Below are positions 7,195 through 15,547 of a DNA stretch of 32,000 nucleotides, piece by piece; position 1 is the stretch's first letter, and every line of letters begins with the position of its first letter. The notes below the pieces were generated by a model. That model had not been told where the DNA came from, ran no database searches, and worked only from the letters and a program-made list of their open reading frames with translations. A program made the translations under genes and the position numbers. Location: the NCBI GenBank assembly GCA_030688545.1, contig JAUYHT010000008.1, positions 123,888 to 155,887 of the forward strand, read 5' to 3'. The stretch is from Candidatus Iainarchaeum sp. (GTDB taxonomy: Archaea; Iainarchaeota; Iainarchaeia; Iainarchaeales; VGJJ01).

Positions 7195-8807
7195 TGCATC
7201 ATTTCATGTCGCCCAATGATAATCCCATGAAGCCTAATGAACGCCTGGCCCACCGGCTCTACACCGAGATTCAGGCCAATACGATTACGGACATTCCCCG
7301 CTTCAACACGCGCAAACGCGAGCTCGCAGAAGGTTTGGGAATCGCCCACTTACCCCCCAACCCGGATTTATTGCCCCTCATGCCAGGGGCATTGAGGAAG
7401 GAACAGCGCGCGCTTTTCGCCATCAAACCTGTTCGCAACATTTCAGGGGTTGCCGTCCTCGCGGCCATGGTGAAACCCCACCTCTGCCCGCATGGGACGT
7501 GCATCTACTGCCCTAAAGGATTACACCACCCCGCACCCCCCGCTTACACGGGGGATGAACCCGCGGCCCAACGCGGATACCGGAATGATTTTGACCCCTA
7601 TCGCCAAGTCAATGGCCGCATTCAGCAGCTACAAGCGGTGGGCCGGGACACTGACAAGTGCGAGCTCATCATCATGGGAGGCACCTTCCTCTCGATGCCC
7701 CTGGATTACCAATATTCCTTCATGCAAGGATGCTTAGAAGGGCTCGCCGGGAAACGATTTCCATCCATGGGGGAGACCATAGCGGCGTGCGAAACGAGCG
7801 CGAACCGAGTCATTGGCATCACCATGGAAACCCGCCCGGACGTGGCCAAAAAGGAAGACATCGCCCGCATGCTTTCATGGGGGAGCACCCGCGTCGAATT
7901 GGGGGTACAAACCATTTACGATGACGTACTTGAAAAACTGAACCGCCAACACACGGTGAAGCAGACTATTGATGCCACGCGCCGATTGAAAGAAAGCAGT
8001 TTGAAGGTAGGCTATCATATGATGGCCAAACTTCCCCATTCCGAATTGAAACGGGACATGGCCGCGCATTTAAACATATTTTCAAACCCAGATTTCAAGC
8101 CAGACATGGTGAAACTCTACCCCGTCGCCGTGGTGGCCAACACCGCGCTCTATGGGATGTGGAAACGCGGCGAATATGAGGAGATGACTCAAGAGGAAGC
8201 GGTGGCATTCTACGCGGCACTGAAACCCCGCATTCCGGAATGGGTGCGAGTGATGCGGGTGCAACGCGATATCCCCACTCCCAATATTTCCGCCGGGGTG
8301 AAGAAAACCAACCTCCGCCAGCTGGTGGAAAAACGAATGAAAGAAGAGGGAACACGCTGCCGCTGTATCCGGTGCCGCGAAATGGGATTCAAAAAGGTCA
8401 AGGAAGGGGTTTCCCCTCAAAAAATAGAATTGGTGACCCGCTCGTATGAAGCCTCCGGAGGAATGGAGTATTTTATTTCCGCCGAGGACGTGGAACAGGA
8501 CATCCTGGTGGGGTTTATCCGCCTCCGGATCCCCCACCTCCCATTGTTCTCCGAACTGGCCGACTCCGGATTCGTGCGCGAAGTGCATGTATATGGCCAA
8601 TCTGTTCCCCTGGGGGAGCAAAATGTCACAAGCGGCCAGCACAAAGGATGGGGCCAACGCCTGCTCCAGGAAGCCGAGCGCGTGACTAAAGAGAAGCACG
8701 GTTTATCCCACGTCAACGTCATCGCCGGAATTGGAGTGAGGGAATACTACAAGAACTTGGGGTATGTGCAGAACGGGGCGTGGGTGCGGAAAAATCTGAA
8801 AGGATGA
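7194..8807 (+). CDS. elp3: Elp3: tRNA uridine(34) carboxymethyl-modification radical-SAM/acetyltransferase
   Basis: Radical-SAM cluster 'CPHGTCIYCP' with 'ELIIMGGTF' and 'ITMETRPD'. C-terminal GNAT 'QHKGWGQRLLQEAE'. The start overlaps the upstream stop (TGATG). Confidence 0.92.
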   Translation: MHHFMSPNDNPMKPNERLAHRLYTEIQANTITDIPRFNTRKRELAEGLGIAHLPPNPDLLPLMPGALRKEQRALFAIKPVRNISGVAVLAAMVKPHLCPHGTCIYCPKGLHHPAPPAYTGDEPAAQRGYRNDFDPYRQVNGRIQQLQAVGRDTDKCELIIMGGTFLSMPLDYQYSFMQGCLEGLAGKRFPSMGETIAACETSANRVIGITMETRPDVAKKEDIARMLSWGSTRVELGVQTIYDDVLEKLNRQHTVKQTIDATRRLKESSLKVGYHMMAKLPHSELKRDMAAHLNIFSNPDFKPDMVKLYPVAVVANTALYGMWKRGEYEEMTQEEAVAFYAALKPRIPEWVRVMRVQRDIPTPNISAGVKKTNLRQLVEKRMKEEGTRCRCIRCREMGFKKVKEGVSPQKIELVTRSYEASGGMEYFISAEDVEQDILVGFIRLRIPHLPLFSELADSGFVREVHVYGQSVPLGEQNVTSGQHKGWGQRLLQEAERVTKEKHGLSHVNVIAGIGVREYYKNLGYVQNGAWVRKNLKG

Positions 8808-8808
8808 A

Positions 8809-9498
8809 TCATTTCCTCAATAATCTTTCCAATTTTTTCTTTTGTGTTTGCAGCAATCTTAGTTTTTCCCGCAGTAATTCGGGTGGCTCATTCCGGACCA
8901 TCAAGTTGAATTCCTCCGCGAGATACAATTGGTTGGTATAAATATTGATATCAATAATGGTCTTCATCAAATTCTGAGAAATGTAATACTTTTTCAATCT
9001 GGAATAATATAATTTTTGATTCGACTTACGAGCTATTGCCATCTGTCTAGAAATCACTTCTAATTCACTTTTCGCTTGTGCGGAATCATAGAGGTTATTC
9101 TCAATTTCGGTTGCCTTATGGATAGCGATAGATGGGTTTCCTCGGAAGGCATATGTCCATTTCAAATCCTTCATCTGTTGCATTTGAACGCCCATTTGCA
9201 ATACCATATTATCCTGGAGCGATCCCGGATGCCTTTTCAACCAGGAAATAATCTTTGATATCCGCCGAATACGCAAGTCCGCATATTCCGACACCGCATT
9301 GGAGAAAGTAATTACGTTAAGGAGATTTAACACTATCCCATCAATGGAACGGAAATTTTGTAATGGCACATGACTCATTTTGCCTAATGTTTGCTTTAAC
9401 CCCCGTATGTCCTCAGATAAAGGTTTAAGCTGTTTCCTTAGCTCGATCCACTTGTCCCGGGGATTTCGATCTCTCCTCCTATTGGGCTTTTTAGGCAT
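8809..9498 (-). CDS. Hypothetical basic, predominantly helical protein (AT-rich island)
   Basis: 229-aa ORF with an Arg/Lys-rich N-terminus (MPKKPNRRRDRNPRDK). I recognise no motif. The TATA TTAAAAAT on the minus strand (9519..9526) lies about 25 nt upstream of the ATG at 9498. Confidence 0.65.
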   Translation of the reverse strand: MPKKPNRRRDRNPRDKWIELRKQLKPLSEDIRGLKQTLGKMSHVPLQNFRSIDGIVLNLLNVITFSNAVSEYADLRIRRISKIISWLKRHPGSLQDNMVLQMGVQMQQMKDLKWTYAFRGNPSIAIHKATEIENNLYDSAQAKSELEVISRQMAIARKSNQKLYYSRLKKYYISQNLMKTIIDINIYTNQLYLAEEFNLMVRNEPPELLREKLRLLQTQKKKLERLLRK

Positions 9499-9541
9499 TA
9501 ATGGGTTGGGAGATTGGAATTTTTAACCTAATTGGTAAAAT

Positions 9542-10489
9542 TCAATTACCCATTTCCCGCTGGAAACGTCTAAGTGCCTTTTTGGAATATTCCAAGTCTT
9601 TCCGAATAATATCCCGCGTGCGTCCTTTGAACCGCAGTCCGGTCAGACGGAGGATTTTCAGCTCATATGTGAGGCGTTGAATATCACGGGAGTAATAATT
9701 GATTCCAGAGGTAAAAAATCGGTCGATCAATTGGGGGGAAGGGGATAGGTTTTTCTGTAATCTGTCTTGATGCGCGTCCATAGCTTCTACGAATTTCCTT
9801 TTCCAATCAATACCTTCAAGTGAATATCCTTCAAAAGCTTTAATCTCCGGTCCGATATTGAGCAATTGCTCAACTTTTCTCTTCTCTTTTCGCCATTCAC
9901 TTTTCCAGGTCTCCAGATTCCGGATATATCGCTCTCGATATTTTGATGTCGCCCCGGTGAGGGAGGATGCGGATGTCAACCAATCCAATTCAATATCCAG
10001 CCGATTAATCTCAGCCTCAATATATTTCACGTAAGCCGAATGAAACCCCAAAAGAACGGGAACGGCTCCCTTCAATTCACTAATCGTTTGGATCCTGATT
10101 TTTCCCATTCTATTGCGAGTCGTCCGGTATTCTCGGCGTTTTTCTTTTAGATCCGCTTCTCCCTCCGCCACTTTCCTTTGGTGCAATCGCCGAAGCGCCG
10201 CTAAACGATAGGTAATCGAACGATACCGCCGATTCCTTCCAAATAGATTGACCATCAACTGGGAAGATCCTCGGTAATGAGAGGATAATGCTTGTTTCAC
10301 CATATCGGGGTATACGCGCTCAACTGCCGATGTCCCGAAATAGATTGGTCTACGCGGCTCGGTCACCATATCCGGACGCATGACTATTCCGCGACGCCAC
10401 ACATTTGCACGCTTGGCTTCCCGCTCTAAAAAAGCCAAATCCCGCTTGGCTGTCTTCTTGGGATACGATCGTCTTTCTCTAGACCCCAT
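9542..10489 (-). CDS. Hypothetical basic, predominantly helical protein (AT-rich island), possible distant paralogue of 8809..9498
   Basis: Long ORF; the track extends it to 10504. The ATG at 10489 is exactly 26.5 nt from the centre of the palindromic TATA CTTTAAAG. It shares the positional motifs xAxxxYxxxxIxRxxxxxxWL and YYSR with its neighbour. Confidence 0.65.
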   Translation of the reverse strand: MGSRERRSYPKKTAKRDLAFLEREAKRANVWRRGIVMRPDMVTEPRRPIYFGTSAVERVYPDMVKQALSSHYRGSSQLMVNLFGRNRRYRSITYRLAALRRLHQRKVAEGEADLKEKRREYRTTRNRMGKIRIQTISELKGAVPVLLGFHSAYVKYIEAEINRLDIELDWLTSASSLTGATSKYRERYIRNLETWKSEWRKEKRKVEQLLNIGPEIKAFEGYSLEGIDWKRKFVEAMDAHQDRLQKNLSPSPQLIDRFFTSGINYYSRDIQRLTYELKILRLTGLRFKGRTRDIIRKDLEYSKKALRRFQREMGN

Positions 10490-10511
10490 GTTCCCCAATA
10501 CCATCGCGCGA

Positions 10512-10519
10512 CTTTAAAG
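10512..10519. promoter_or_regulatory. Shared palindromic TATA element CTTTAAAG between divergent leaderless genes
   Basis: Perfect 8-bp palindrome, equidistant (26.5 nt) from the ATG at 10489 (-) and the ATG at 10542 (+). Confidence 0.5.
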
Positions 10520-10541
10520 GGTGTCACTCCCACCAATATAC

Positions 10542-10907
10542 ATGATCCTCATCGCCACCATTGGTTCGGGAAAAGGGACGTGGGGACATGTCCAGCGGGT
10601 GATGAAAGAGGGGGATTGGGAGAAAACGCTGCTCATCGGGAACGATTGGAGTAAGGAGCATTTCTCTTTCCCGGAGGGGATGGATGTAGAATGGATCGTG
10701 CTCCATGCGCAGGAACCATTTGAGCAGATCAAGGAGCAGATCGCCGCCCGGTTGGATAAAAAATCGTATGGGGTGTGCCTGTCCTCGGGCAGCGGGAAGG
10801 AACATTCAGCCCTCCTCGCAGCGCTGCTGGAAAAAAGGGTGAAATGGTCCATCGCCTACCTTTCAAAAAGCCAGCTGGCCATCTACGGAGGGGAGAAGGA
10901 TGCTTGA
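10542..10907 (+). CDS. Small Rossmann-like protein, possibly CARF-like ligand-binding domain (hypothetical)
   Basis: MILIATIGSGKGTWGHV...EKTLLIGND...VEWIVLH...YGVCLSSGSGKEHSALLAALL...WSIAYL shows an alternating strand/helix pattern. Gly/Ser loops follow strands 1 and 4. 'GSGKGT' does not fit Walker A (GxxxxGK[ST]). The track start at 10521 is a GTG. Confidence 0.55.
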   Translation: MILIATIGSGKGTWGHVQRVMKEGDWEKTLLIGNDWSKEHFSFPEGMDVEWIVLHAQEPFEQIKEQIAARLDKKSYGVCLSSGSGKEHSALLAALLEKRVKWSIAYLSKSQLAIYGGEKDA

Positions 10908-11268
10908 ATGGGTGCTCGCCCTCCTGGTTCTCGTGCTCGCGGGAATCAGTTTCTTCCTCTACAAACGCGTGGAGGCGCTCAGCGCCTTTGCCAATGACCT
11001 GCAATTCGCCAAACAGAGTCAATCCGTGAAATATGGGAAAATGAGCGAGCACTGGATTCCTCTGTCAGAAAAATTTCCTTACGAGAAAGAACGCTTCCGC
11101 TTCCTCGGAAACCCCATCGACGGCCTCGCATTCCTGGATGACAAAATCGTATTCTGCGAATTCAAAGCCAACACCAGCCGATTATCTTCCGTGCAGGACA
11201 ATATCAAACGATTGGTGCAGGAGAAAAAGGTGGAGTGGTTGGAAATCCAGACGAAGGAAGGAGATTAG
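10900..11268 (+). CDS. Membrane-anchored endonuclease related to archaeal Holliday-junction resolvase (COG4741 / PF10107-like, PD-(D/E)xK fold)
   Basis: N-terminal TM helix 'WVLALLVLVLAGISFFLY'. 'SQSVKYGKMSEHWIPL..FPY..FRFLGNPIDGLAFLDDKIVFCEFKANTSRLSSVQ' gives the E...D...ExK arrangement typical of this family. GGAGG lies 6-13 nt upstream. 8-nt overlap with the preceding ORF. Confidence 0.7.
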   Translation: MLEWVLALLVLVLAGISFFLYKRVEALSAFANDLQFAKQSQSVKYGKMSEHWIPLSEKFPYEKERFRFLGNPIDGLAFLDDKIVFCEFKANTSRLSSVQDNIKRLVQEKKVEWLEIQTKEGD

Positions 11269-11510
11269 CCTCTCCTACGTATCCTTCGAAGAAGTCCGGC
11301 CCCCCATTTTCGCAATCCATATTCTTTTCTTTCCTTTTCGATATGTGAATGCACCAAAATAGAAGGGTCTTGAGGGATGCTTTCCCCTTTTTCTCTCAAC
11401 CTAAACCTTTTCATCAATTCGTATGCTTCCCCCCTCTCCAAGGGTGTCACCTTCAATTTTACATCGGGCCTCAGGTCTCCCTTTTTTTTTGGTTTTTTTT
11501 CATCCGGCAT
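11265..11510 (-). CDS. Small basic hypothetical protein (81 aa)
   Basis: The ORF lies 44 nt downstream of pelota on the same strand, with a Lys-rich N-terminus (MPDEKKPKKKGD). No motif recognised. Coding status is uncertain. Confidence 0.35.
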   Translation of the reverse strand: MPDEKKPKKKGDLRPDVKLKVTPLERGEAYELMKRFRLREKGESIPQDPSILVHSHIEKERKEYGLRKWGAGLLRRIRRRG

Positions 11511-11554
11511 GGGAAAGGAAAAGGATATTTCCTATTTAACGATTTGTTTTTTCG

Positions 11555-12607
11555 CTATGAGTGCTCCACCCGGTACCGCAAAATAGCCGCGATGCCCCCT
11601 AAACCATCCAATTGCTTGCCCGGGTCGGAGTCCGAATCCAGGATGGGGGAAGGGATTCCCATGCGCTTGGCGAGCGCGAGAATAATGTCTACTCGTTCCC
11701 GATTGGAATCGTATAGGTTTTGGGAAACCAACACCCGGGAGGCCGCCCCCACCTCCACGGCGTATTCCACCTGCTTGAATCCATAGGTGGCCAACCCATC
11801 CTCTTTCCCCAAGTGGCGCATCACCTCATCCACCGCCTGGGCGTGCCGGGACATCGCGTATTCTCCCACGGCCTTGGCGATGGCCTCCGAGGCAATGGCT
11901 TCCTTCACCCCCGACATCCCCGTGTCATGAGTGGGAATAGAGAGGAATTGTTTGTCGCCCTTAGGAAAGCGCTCTTGAAGGTACGCGAGCAAGGATTGTC
12001 GGGTGAAACCGGGCCCGGCAATGACCATTTGACCAACAGGGGAATGCTGCAGGATGTCCGCGATGGATGAAAAATAGTCATCCGGTTTGGACTGGGAAGC
12101 ATATTGCTTTCCCGATCGGTAGGCTTTCACCCGCGCGGACTCTTTCACTCCTACCCCCGAAACCTCCACGATCACGGCTTCCTCGTCATCCAACACGACA
12201 CAAACCAATTTGGCTTTCTTGCTATCCGCTTCTATCTGACGTAGGCGCTCGATTTCATGAGCGGGCAAACGTGTTTTTTTCACCGCGATGGGTTGACGCA
12301 CCCCGAATACCAGGGAATGCATGGCATGCAATTCAACAAATTCTCCGGGTGAGCCGGATTCGATCGAGCCGGTGACACGGAGCTGGGACGAATGAGCATC
12401 CACCTCCACCTTATTGGTTTTGAGGGAGAGGAACATCTTCAACCGGAAGGGTTTCTGCCCCACCTCCTTGGGCTTGATGAGGCGATCCGTCTCCCCACTC
12501 ACTAAATCTCCCGGATGAATGAGCTGGGATACCAAACGTAATTCGTCCGAGGAATGGCACTCGACCTTGAAAGAAAACTCATCTGGCCGCAATGAAAGGA
12601 TACGCAT
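11555..12607 (-). CDS. pelA: Pelota (aPelota/Dom34 homologue), ribosome rescue factor
   Basis: 'MRILSLRPDEF..SSDELRLVSQLIHPGDLVSGETDR' is the canonical Pelota N-terminus. The eRF1-like central and C-terminal domains contain 'MVIAGPGF' and 'GIAAILRY'. The track ORF extends 46 codons upstream (to 12745) through non-homologous sequence. Confidence 0.9.
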   Translation of the reverse strand: MRILSLRPDEFSFKVECHSSDELRLVSQLIHPGDLVSGETDRLIKPKEVGQKPFRLKMFLSLKTNKVEVDAHSSQLRVTGSIESGSPGEFVELHAMHSLVFGVRQPIAVKKTRLPAHEIERLRQIEADSKKAKLVCVVLDDEEAVIVEVSGVGVKESARVKAYRSGKQYASQSKPDDYFSSIADILQHSPVGQMVIAGPGFTRQSLLAYLQERFPKGDKQFLSIPTHDTGMSGVKEAIASEAIAKAVGEYAMSRHAQAVDEVMRHLGKEDGLATYGFKQVEYAVEVGAASRVLVSQNLYDSNRERVDIILALAKRMGIPSPILDSDSDPGKQLDGLGGIAAILRYRVEHS

Positions 12608-12667
12608 ACATAGGTCGAAAGGGCGCAGGGGGCTTAAAAAACGAGGGGAGGGTAGAATAAATACGAT

Positions 12668-12865
12668 ATGCGTCCCCTCACCAAGATAGGATGGTTCACC
12701 CTGGCAGTAGGATGGGTTATCCTGGGGATCGTTTTCATCGCGCACAATGGGATGAATGACCCTATGGCCGCCCTCTTATGGATGTTAGGTCACCTCGTCT
12801 GGGGAGGCATTATCCTGGGAGGGTTGCTGTTCATCCTCATGGCGGTCCTCTTCCTTTCCGCTTAA
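12668..12865 (+). CDS. Small two-TM membrane protein (hypothetical)
   Basis: 65 aa with two clear hydrophobic helices (WFTLAVGWVILGIVFIA; VWGGIILGGLLFILMAVLFL). It ends 18 nt before the ABCE1 gene. Confidence 0.5.
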   Translation: MRPLTKIGWFTLAVGWVILGIVFIAHNGMNDPMAALLWMLGHLVWGGIILGGLLFILMAVLFLSA

Positions 12866-12883
12866 CCATAAGGAAAACCCATC

Positions 12884-14656
12884 ATGAGCCTCAAACGAAT
12901 CGCCGTCATCGATCACGCGAAGTGCTTTCCCGACAAGTGCAACTGGCTCTGCCAGCGCAAATGCCCGGTGAACCGAGTGGGAAAGGACTGCATTACTCAA
13001 AATACCTCATTGTTCAAGGCCCAGATATCGGAAGAATTATGCACGGGCTGCGGCATCTGCCCAAAAGTATGCCCCTTCGGGGCCATCACCATCATCAACC
13101 TGGACGTGGATTTTGGAAACCCCATCCACTCCTATGGGGTTAATTTCTTCCGGTTGCATAAACTCCCCATCCCCCGCGCCCAAAACGTGGTGGGCATCGT
13201 GGGACGGAATGGAACGGGCAAAACCACCGCCCTCCGCATCCTATCAGGACAGATGCCTCCCAACCTGGGAGACTATGATCAAAAACCCACATATGGGGGA
13301 GCAGTGGAGGCCTTCCGCGGAAAAGAATTGCAGCATGTCTTCTCCCGCCTGCGGGATGGGACGCATACCCTTTCCATTAAACCCCAGGACGTAGAAAGGA
13401 TCCCGCGACATTTCCAAGGGAGCGTGCGGGAATTGTTACACACCATTTCCCCAGAAAAAACGGATGCCACGGTGCACGCCCTTGGGTTAGAAAATATCCT
13501 CGACCGGGGTATTGAACAATTATCGGGAGGGGAACTCCAGAAAGTGGCCCTCGCCGTGTGCGGAATGAAGGACGCCACCACCTATTACATCGACGAACCA
13601 TCCTCCTTCCTGGATATCCGGGAACGCTTACGCATCGCCGGCTATATCCGGGGCCTCCTTGGAAATGATAGGGGGGTTATGGTCATCGAGCACGACCTAA
13701 TCCTATTGGATTACCTCTCGGATTCGATTCACCTCATGTTCGGTGAACCCGCTGTATTCGGGGTCGTTTCGAGCGTCCATCCCACGCGGGAGGGTATCAA
13801 TATGTATCTCGATGGTTATGCTAAAGACGAAAATTTCAGGTTCCGAAACCATTCCATCACCTTCATGGAACGCGGAGCGCGCGACTTTACCAAAACAACC
13901 CCTCTCATCCACTGGCCATCCTTCAAAGTCAAGCAGGGCCCGTTCACATTGGACGCGGAACCAGGGCACCTGGGAAAGAACGAAGTGATTGGGATATTAG
14001 GACCGAATGGAATAGGAAAAACCACCTTCATCAAGGCCCTCGCGGGACTGCTCACTCCGGAAGAAGGAGTGTTGCCCCTGCACATGCCGGTGGCCTATAA
14101 ACCCCAGTATGTGGAACCCATTCCTGGAATGACGGTGGAATCCTATTTACGAACCCGCTTAACGGGAGCGGCCCGGGAGGCCCGTCATTTACTCGTGGAA
14201 CCCCTCCACCTTCCCTCATTGTATGAGAAGGAGATGCAAACCCTCTCCGGAGGAGAATTGCAGCGCGTGGCCATCGCCGGGGCATTGGGAAGCGATGCCC
14301 CGCTCATTCTATTGGATGAACCCAGCGCCAACCTTGATGTGGAACAGCGCCTCCAAGCCGCCCACGCCATCCGGAGCATCGTGGATGCGTTTGATAAAAC
14401 CGCGTTGGTGGTGGACCATGATCTCCTCTTCATGGATTTCGTATCGGATAGATTACTCCTATTCGATGGCGAACCCTCCACCCATGGAAACGTTCGCGGA
14501 CCCATGGGGATGGAGGAAGGGATGAATGGACTATTATCCCAATTAGGTATCACTCTGCGCCGCGACCAGCACTCCAAACGCCCCCGCATCAACAAACCGG
14601 GAAGCGTTAAGGATACCGAGCAAAAAAAGACGGGGCAATATTACTACACCAAATGA
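12884..14656 (+). CDS. ABCE1: ABCE1 (RNase L inhibitor/Rli1 homologue), ribosome-recycling twin-ATPase with N-terminal 4Fe-4S domain
   Basis: 'RIAVIDHAKCFPDKCNWLCQRKCPVN' and 'CTGCGICPKVCPFGAI' are ferredoxin-like clusters. Two Walker A motifs (GRNGTGKTT, GPNGIGKTT) and two ABC signatures (LSGGELQ x2) are present. Confidence 0.95.
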   Translation: MSLKRIAVIDHAKCFPDKCNWLCQRKCPVNRVGKDCITQNTSLFKAQISEELCTGCGICPKVCPFGAITIINLDVDFGNPIHSYGVNFFRLHKLPIPRAQNVVGIVGRNGTGKTTALRILSGQMPPNLGDYDQKPTYGGAVEAFRGKELQHVFSRLRDGTHTLSIKPQDVERIPRHFQGSVRELLHTISPEKTDATVHALGLENILDRGIEQLSGGELQKVALAVCGMKDATTYYIDEPSSFLDIRERLRIAGYIRGLLGNDRGVMVIEHDLILLDYLSDSIHLMFGEPAVFGVVSSVHPTREGINMYLDGYAKDENFRFRNHSITFMERGARDFTKTTPLIHWPSFKVKQGPFTLDAEPGHLGKNEVIGILGPNGIGKTTFIKALAGLLTPEEGVLPLHMPVAYKPQYVEPIPGMTVESYLRTRLTGAAREARHLLVEPLHLPSLYEKEMQTLSGGELQRVAIAGALGSDAPLILLDEPSANLDVEQRLQAAHAIRSIVDAFDKTALVVDHDLLFMDFVSDRLLLFDGEPSTHGNVRGPMGMEEGMNGLLSQLGITLRRDQHSKRPRINKPGSVKDTEQKKTGQYYYTK

Positions 14657-14743
14657 TTTTCCGTCCCAATGGATTATCAAAAAATCCATACTACACCAAA
14701 ATATCTTGATAGAAACGGGGATATTGGCGTGCGTGACGCGTAT

Positions 14744-15547
14744 CTAATCCGAATGTTCTATCTTCGTCATCAGATGCCCGCGCAACCCCGCGTGGTGGCG
14801 GGACGCGTACTCATGCCCCCGCACCAATTCAAAACGGCGCATATAGAGAATCGTCTTGAGAATCTCAATGAAAGGAATGACCAAAACAAACATGAGAACA
14901 AGAGTGATGTACCGCCCCACGAAAAGAATGGAATCGATTCCCGCCTCAACCAAAGGAAGTAACCCCACGAGCAGGGTGGACACCACCAGGATCAACAGGA
15001 AATCCTTGGGATACTTGAAGATCACATACCAATTGGTCTTGATGGCCTCGATGATGGGCTTCTCATCCACCACCAAAGACTGGGGGACGAAAATGAATGA
15101 TAATGAGACCAGGAACAACGCGAGGTTGATCCAAACGATATCCAAACCCAGGAACAGCCCGGCGCTCACCACCAGAACAAAGAGGAGGCTGAGTAGAACA
15201 AAATAGATGAACATGGTGAGGAAGAAATGCTCCATCATGTCCCGCAGATACCGCTTCACGGGGACATGGGAAAGGTCATTGCGCACCGCGAGCAACAACA
15301 AGGAGAGGAGGATGGCATACATCGCCAGGAAAACCAATGAGCCCCCGACTAGGGCCGCCACCACTTCCACGGACAAAAGACTAAATGAATAATCAAAGAA
15401 AATCGTGCCATCCAGGAGAGCGGTGTTGTTGAACTGCTGGAAGAAGAACACGAACACCAGTAATATGGCGAAAGAGAGGCTAATCCTCAGGTTATTTCGA
15501 TAAAGCTCCCAAACCTGCCCCCACCACTCGGATTCAGTCCGCGCCAT
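14744..15547 (-). CDS. Polytopic membrane protein (about 6 TM, hypothetical)
   Basis: 267-aa ORF with repeated about 20-aa hydrophobic stretches. The minus-strand TATA CTTTTAAC (15570..15577) lies about 26 nt upstream of the ATG at 15547. Confidence 0.7.
   Translation of the reverse strand: MARTESEWWGQVWELYRNNLRISLSFAILLVFVFFFQQFNNTALLDGTIFFDYSFSLLSVEVVAALVGGSLVFLAMYAILLSLLLLAVRNDLSHVPVKRYLRDMMEHFFLTMFIYFVLLSLLFVLVVSAGLFLGLDIVWINLALFLVSLSFIFVPQSLVVDEKPIIEAIKTNWYVIFKYPKDFLLILVVSTLLVGLLPLVEAGIDSILFVGRYITLVLMFVLVIPFIEILKTILYMRRFELVRGHEYASRHHAGLRGHLMTKIEHSD

Noticed and set aside
8082-8699. 205-aa ORF antisense to elp3. Similar long antisense or out-of-frame ORFs lie inside GC-rich genes (for example 17390..18037, 5825..6292, 24800..25309, 14185..14595, 3550..4026, 4189..4665, 6255..6743).
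   Set aside because: They lie wholly inside genes with unambiguous conserved motifs on the other strand or frame. They have low-complexity Arg/Pro/Gly/Ser-rich translations typical of shadow ORFs in GC-rich DNA, and they have no start-site signals.
10554-10580. 'GSGKGT' in the 121-aa ORF as a Walker A/P-loop NTPase motif.
   Set aside because: It does not fit GxxxxGK[ST] and no Walker B follows. I interpret it as a Gly-rich loop of a Rossmann-like fold.
12608-12745. The 46-codon N-terminal extension of pelota in the maximal ORF.
   Set aside because: The canonical Pelota N-terminus (MRILSL...) begins at the ATG at 12607. The extension has no similarity to Pelota and would consume the promoter region shared with the divergent small ORF.
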